Shown: one piece after another, positions 11,617-15,363 of the stretch
How the letters are laid out: each line of letters begins with the position of its first letter
Position numbering within the stretch: position 1 is the stretch's first letter
Assembly (NCBI GenBank): GCA_012295275.1
Contig: SMMR01000020.1
Coordinates: 1-15,363, forward strand
Length of the DNA stretch: 15,363 nucleotides
Source: Chrysomallon squamiferum
Lineage: Eukaryota; Animalia; Mollusca
Direction: 5' to 3'
Program-made: the position numbers and the translations under genes
Notes under the pieces: model-generated
Told to the model about the DNA's origin: nothing
The model's database searches: none
The model's input: the letters and a program-made list of their open reading frames with translations, nothing else

Positions 11617-14600
11617 CGTGTGGCACTATTCCGTGCGGTCGGGAAAAATATTTCAACGTGTGCAAAAGGTGCGCGCCGTCGGGGCGAGTGTGGCAAAAAC
11701 GTTTCCAACATTTACCAAAGGTGCTGCACCTTTTGAAAATGCGTTTGAAAAAAAAACGAGCAAATTTTCAAAAATATGTGCGTTTTTTGTGCACGTGTCG
11801 GAAACGAGTTGTTCCCCTTGGGTGGCGCGTGCGGCACTTTTCGCCCGAGTAGGGCAACCCTTGCCCCACTTTTGGGTATGTGCGCCCGATTTTTCCCACG
11901 TGCGCAGAAAAAGTTATTGCACTTTGAAAATGGTACCCCTAGCATTTTCAACGGAACTTGAAAAAATTCGATTTTCAAAAATTGAAAATCCGTGTGGCAC
12001 TATTCCGTGCGGTCGGGAAAAATATTTCAACGTGTGCAAAAGGTGCGCGCCGTCGGGGCGAGTGTGGCAAAAACGTTTCCAACATTTACCAAAGGTGCTG
12101 CACCTTTTGAAAATGCGTTTGAAAAAAAACGAGCAAATTTTCAAAAATATGTGCGTTTTTTGTGCACGTGTCGGAAACGAGTTGTTCCCCTTGGGTGGCG
12201 CGTGCGGCACTTTTCGCCCGAGTAGGGCAACCCTTGCCCCACTTTTGGGTATGTGCGCCCGATTTTTCCCACGTGCGCAGAAAAAGTTATTGCACTTTGA
12301 AAATGGTACCCCTAGCATTTTCAACGGAACTTGAAAAAATTCGATTTTCAAAAATTGAAAATCCGTGTGGCACTATTCCGTGCGGTCGGGAAAAATATTT
12401 CAACGTGTGCAAAAGGTGCGCGCCGTCGGGGCGAGTGTGGCAAAAACGTTTCCAACATTTACCAAAGGTGCTGCACCTTTTGAAAATGCGTTTTGAAAAA
12501 ACGAGCAAATTTTCAAAAAAATATGTGCGTTTTTTTTGTGCACGTGTCGGAAACGAGTTGTTCCCCTTGGGTGGCGCGTGCGGCACTTTTCGCCCGAGTA
12601 GGGCAACCCTTGCCCCTTTTTTTGGGTATGTGCGCCCGATTTTTCCCACGTGCGCAGAAAAAGTTATTGCACTTTGAAAATGGTACCCCTAGCATTTTCA
12701 ACGGAACTTGAAAAATTCGATTTTCAAAATTGAAAATCCGTGTGGCACTATTCCGTGCGGTCGGGAAAAATATTTCAACGTGTGCAAAAGGTGCGCGCCG
12801 TCGGGGCGAGTGTGGCAAAAACGTTTCCAACATTTACCAAAGGTGCTGCACCTTTTGAAAATGCGTTTGAAAAAAAACGAGCAAATTTTCAAAAATATGT
12901 GCGTTTTTTTTTTGTGCACGTGTCGGAAACGAGTTGTTCCCCTTGGGTGGCGCGTGCGGCACTTTTCGCCCGAGTAGGGCAACCCTTGCCCCACTTTTGG
13001 GTATGTGCGCCCGATTTTTCCCACGTGCGCAGAAAAAGTTATTGCACTTTGAAAATGGTACCCCTAGCATTTTCAACGGAACTTGAAAAAATTCGATTTT
13101 CAAAAATTGAAAATCCGTGTGGCACTATTCCGTGCGGTCGGGAAAAATATTTCAACGTGTGCAAAGGTGCGCGCCGTCGGGGCGAGTGTGGCAAAAACGT
13201 TTCCAACATTTACCAAAGGTGCTGCACCTTTTGAAAATGCGTTTGAAAAAAAAAACGAGCAAATTTTCAAAAATATGTGCGTTTTTTGTGCACGTGTCGG
13301 AAACGAGTTGTTCCCCTTGGGTGGCGCGTGCGGCACTTTTCGCCCGAGTAGGGCAACCCTTGCCCCACTTTTGGGTATGTGCGCCCGATTTTTCCCACGT
13401 GCGCAGAAAAAGTTATTGCACTTTGAAAATGGTACCCCTAGCATTTTCAACGGAACTTGAAAAATTCGATTTTCAAAAATTGAAAATCCGTGTGGCACTA
13501 TTCCGTGCGGTCGGGAAAAATATTTCAACGTGCAAAAGGTGCGCGCCGTCGGGGCGAGTGTGGCAAAAACGTTTCCAACATTTACCAAAGGTGCTGCACC
13601 TTTTGAAAATGCGTTTGAAAAAAAAAACGAGCAAATTTTCAAAAAAATATGTGCGTTTTTGTGCACGTGTCGGAAACGAGTTGTTCCCCTTGGGTGGCGC
13701 GTGCGGCACTTTTCGCCCGAGTAGGGCAACCCTGCCCCACTTTTGGGTATGTGCGCCCGATTTTTTCCCACGTGCGCAAAAAAAAGTTATTGCACTTTGA
13801 AAATGGTACCCCTAGCATTTTCAACGGAACTTGAAAAATTCGATTTTCAAAAATTGAAAATCCGTGTGGCACTATTCCGTGCGGTCGGGAAAAATATTTC
13901 AACGTGTGCAAAAGGTGCGCGCCGTCGGGGCGAGTGTGGCAAAAACGTTTCCAACATTTACCAAAGGTGCTGCACCTTTTGAAAATGCGTTTGAAAAAAA
14001 AACGAGCAAATTTTCAAAAATATGTGCGTTTTTTGTGCACGTGTCGGAAACGAGTTGTTCCCCTTGGGTGGCGCGTGCGGCACTTTTCGCCCGAGTAGGG
14101 CAACCCTTGCCCCACTTTTGGGTATGTGCGCCCGATTTTTCCCACGTGCGCAGAAAAAGTTATTGCACTTTGAAAATGGTACCCCTAGCATTTTCAACGG
14201 AACTTGAAAAAAAATTCGATTTTCAAAATTGAAAATCCGTGTGGCACTATTCCGTGCGGTCGGGAAAAATATTTCAACGTGTGCAAAAGGTGCGCGCCGT
14301 CGGGGCGAGTGTGGCAAAAACGTTTCCAACATTTACCAAAGGTGCTGCACCTTTTGAAAATGCGTTTGAAAAAAACGAGCAAATTTCAAAAAAATATGTG
14401 CGTTTTTGTGCACGTGTCGGAAACGAGTTGTTCCCCTTTGGGTGGCGCGTGCGGCACTTTTCGCCCGAGTAGGGCAACCCTTGCCCCACTTTTGGGTATG
14501 TGCGCCCGATTTTTCCCACGTGCGCAGAAAAAGTTATTGCACTTTGAAAATGGTACCCCTAGCATTTTCAACGGAACTTGAAAAAATTCGATTTTCAAAA

Positions 14601-15363
14601 TTGAAAATCCGTGTGGCACTATTCCGTGCGGTCGGGAAAAATATTTCAACGTGTGCAAAAGGTGCGCGCCGTCGGGGCGAGTGTGGCAAAAACGTTTCCA
14701 ACATTTACCAAAGGTGCTGCACCTTTTGAAAATGCGTTTGAAAAAAAAAAAACGAGCAAATTTTCAAAAATATGTGCGTTTTTTGTGCACGTGTCGGAAA
14801 CGAGTTGTTCCCCTTGGGTGGCGCGTGCGGCACTTTTCGCCCGAGTAGGGCAACCCTTGCCCCACTTTTGGGTATGTGCGCCCGATTTTTCCCACGTGCG
14901 CAGAAAAAGTTATTGCACTTTGAAAATGGTACCCTAGCATTTTCAACGGAACTTGAAAAATTCGATTTTCAAAATTGAAAATCCGTGTGGCACTATTCCG
15001 TGCGGTCGGGAAAAATATTTCAACGTGTGCAAAAGGTGCGCGCCGTCGGGGCGAGTGTGGCAAAAACGTTTCCAACATTTACCAAAGGTGCTGCACCTTT
15101 TGAAAATGCGTTTGAAAAAAAAAACGAGCAAATTTTCAAAAATATGTGCGTTTTTTGTGCACGTGTCGGAAACGAGTTGTTCCCCTTGGGTGGCGCGTGC
15201 GGGCTTTTTCGCCCGAGTAGGGCAACCCTTGCCCCACTTTTGGGTATGTGCGCCCGATTTTTCCCACGTGCGCAGAAAAGTTATTGCACTTTGAAAATGG
15301 TACCCCTAGCATTTTCAACGGAACTTGAAAAAATTCGATTTTCAAAATTGAAAACCGTGTGGC

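Larger units (their letters stand above)
11244..11617. repeat. Representative consensus monomer (374 bp)
   Basis: Appears identical by eye to 11618-11991, 3284-3657 and 4785-5158 (all 374 bp, same translation in the ORF track). Hand count: G 91, C 81 (~46% GC), ~28 CpG. Single KpnI (GGTACC 11558-11563), ApaLI (GTGCAC 11415-11420) and BssHII (GCGCGC 11297-11302) sites. Confidence 0.95.
1..15363. repeat. Tandem satellite-like array, ~374-bp monomer, ~40.7 head-to-tail copies, truncated at both window ends
   Basis: The anchor CC|GTGTGGC(ACTATTCC) recurs at 256, 638, 1018, 1392, 1768, 2146, 2528, 2904, 3284, 3658 ... 11244, 11618, 11992, 12365, 12740, 13117, 13490, 13864, 14239, 14611, 14985 and 15357. 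That is 41 starts and 40 full intervals (mean ~377.5 bp, consensus 374 bp), plus a 255-bp partial copy at the start. No unique sequence or inversion seen. Confidence 0.99.

Noticed and set aside
11244-11617. Viroid, retrozyme or ribozyme-bearing circular RNA (size and self-complementarity fit)
   Set aside because: No CTGA on either strand, so no hammerhead CUGANGA core although GAAAC is present. I recognise no pospiviroid central conserved region or other ribozyme core. An Infernal/Rfam scan of a doubled monomer would be the decisive check.
11244-11617. Spliced-leader gene array, tRNA array, telomeric repeat or kinetoplast minicircle
   Set aside because: No nematode SL1 or trypanosomatid mini-exon sequence, no tRNA T-loop GTTCRA with a cloverleaf, no TTAGGG/TTTAGGG runs and no GGGGTTGGTGTA block.
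11244-11617. Assignment to a named satellite family of similar monomer length
   Set aside because: Length alone is not diagnostic and I do not recognise the sequence. It needs a BLASTN search of the consensus against nt, Repbase, Dfam or PlantSat.
11503-11620. 5S rDNA tandem unit (unit size plausible; GCGCCCGAT resembles part of 5S)
   Set aside because: The match is only ~9 nt. There is no box A/box C internal promoter, no AGTAC loop E motif and no 120-nt 5S fold on either strand.
380-12625. Higher-order repeat defined by recurrent variants (GCGTGAAAA at ~383/6428/10223; TCCCCGTG at ~921/4690/6210/9616/11147; CCTTTTTTGGG at ~510/5797/7311/9584/12613; GCGTGCAC at ~1602/4247)
   Set aside because: The variants recur at irregular copy intervals, do not co-segregate, and mostly sit beside homopolymers. 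This fits recurrent error better than a multi-monomer period.
2-15345. Well over a hundred overlapping ORFs (60-244 aa) on both strands
   Set aside because: All are permutations of the same six frame translations of the monomer, joined by random homopolymer frameshifts. They show no recognisable domain and no frame conservation between copies.
1-15363. CRISPR array (AATTGAAA resembles the 3' end of some CRISPR repeats; palindromic short motifs)
   Set aside because: There are no unique spacers, the entire 374 bp repeats, and no cas genes are present.

Overview
The whole window is one head-to-tail tandem array of a ~374-bp monomer: about 40.7 copies, all in one orientation, running off both ends, with no unique sequence. 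By hand count the consensus (e.g. 11244-11617) is ~46% GC and CpG-rich. Copies differ almost only by homopolymer length changes, homopolymer-adjacent substitutions and a few micro-duplications. This looks like long-read or consensus error on a nearly invariant unit. The best reading is a very homogeneous, probably eukaryotic, satellite DNA; a concatemer of one small circular template cannot be excluded. No protein-coding gene, RNA gene, CRISPR array or transposase is supported, and the listed ORFs are the same repeat read in shifting frames. The interest lies inside the monomer: (i) two diverged, collinear ~193 and ~181 bp halves, suggesting an ancient dimer; (ii) a degenerate ~180-bp inverted repeat centred on the A9 tract; (iii) several perfect short dyads; (iv) eight TTGAAAA/TTTTCAA words, five of them alternating in orientation so that they form mutually exclusive hairpins. 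I cannot assign the repeat to a named family or organism.
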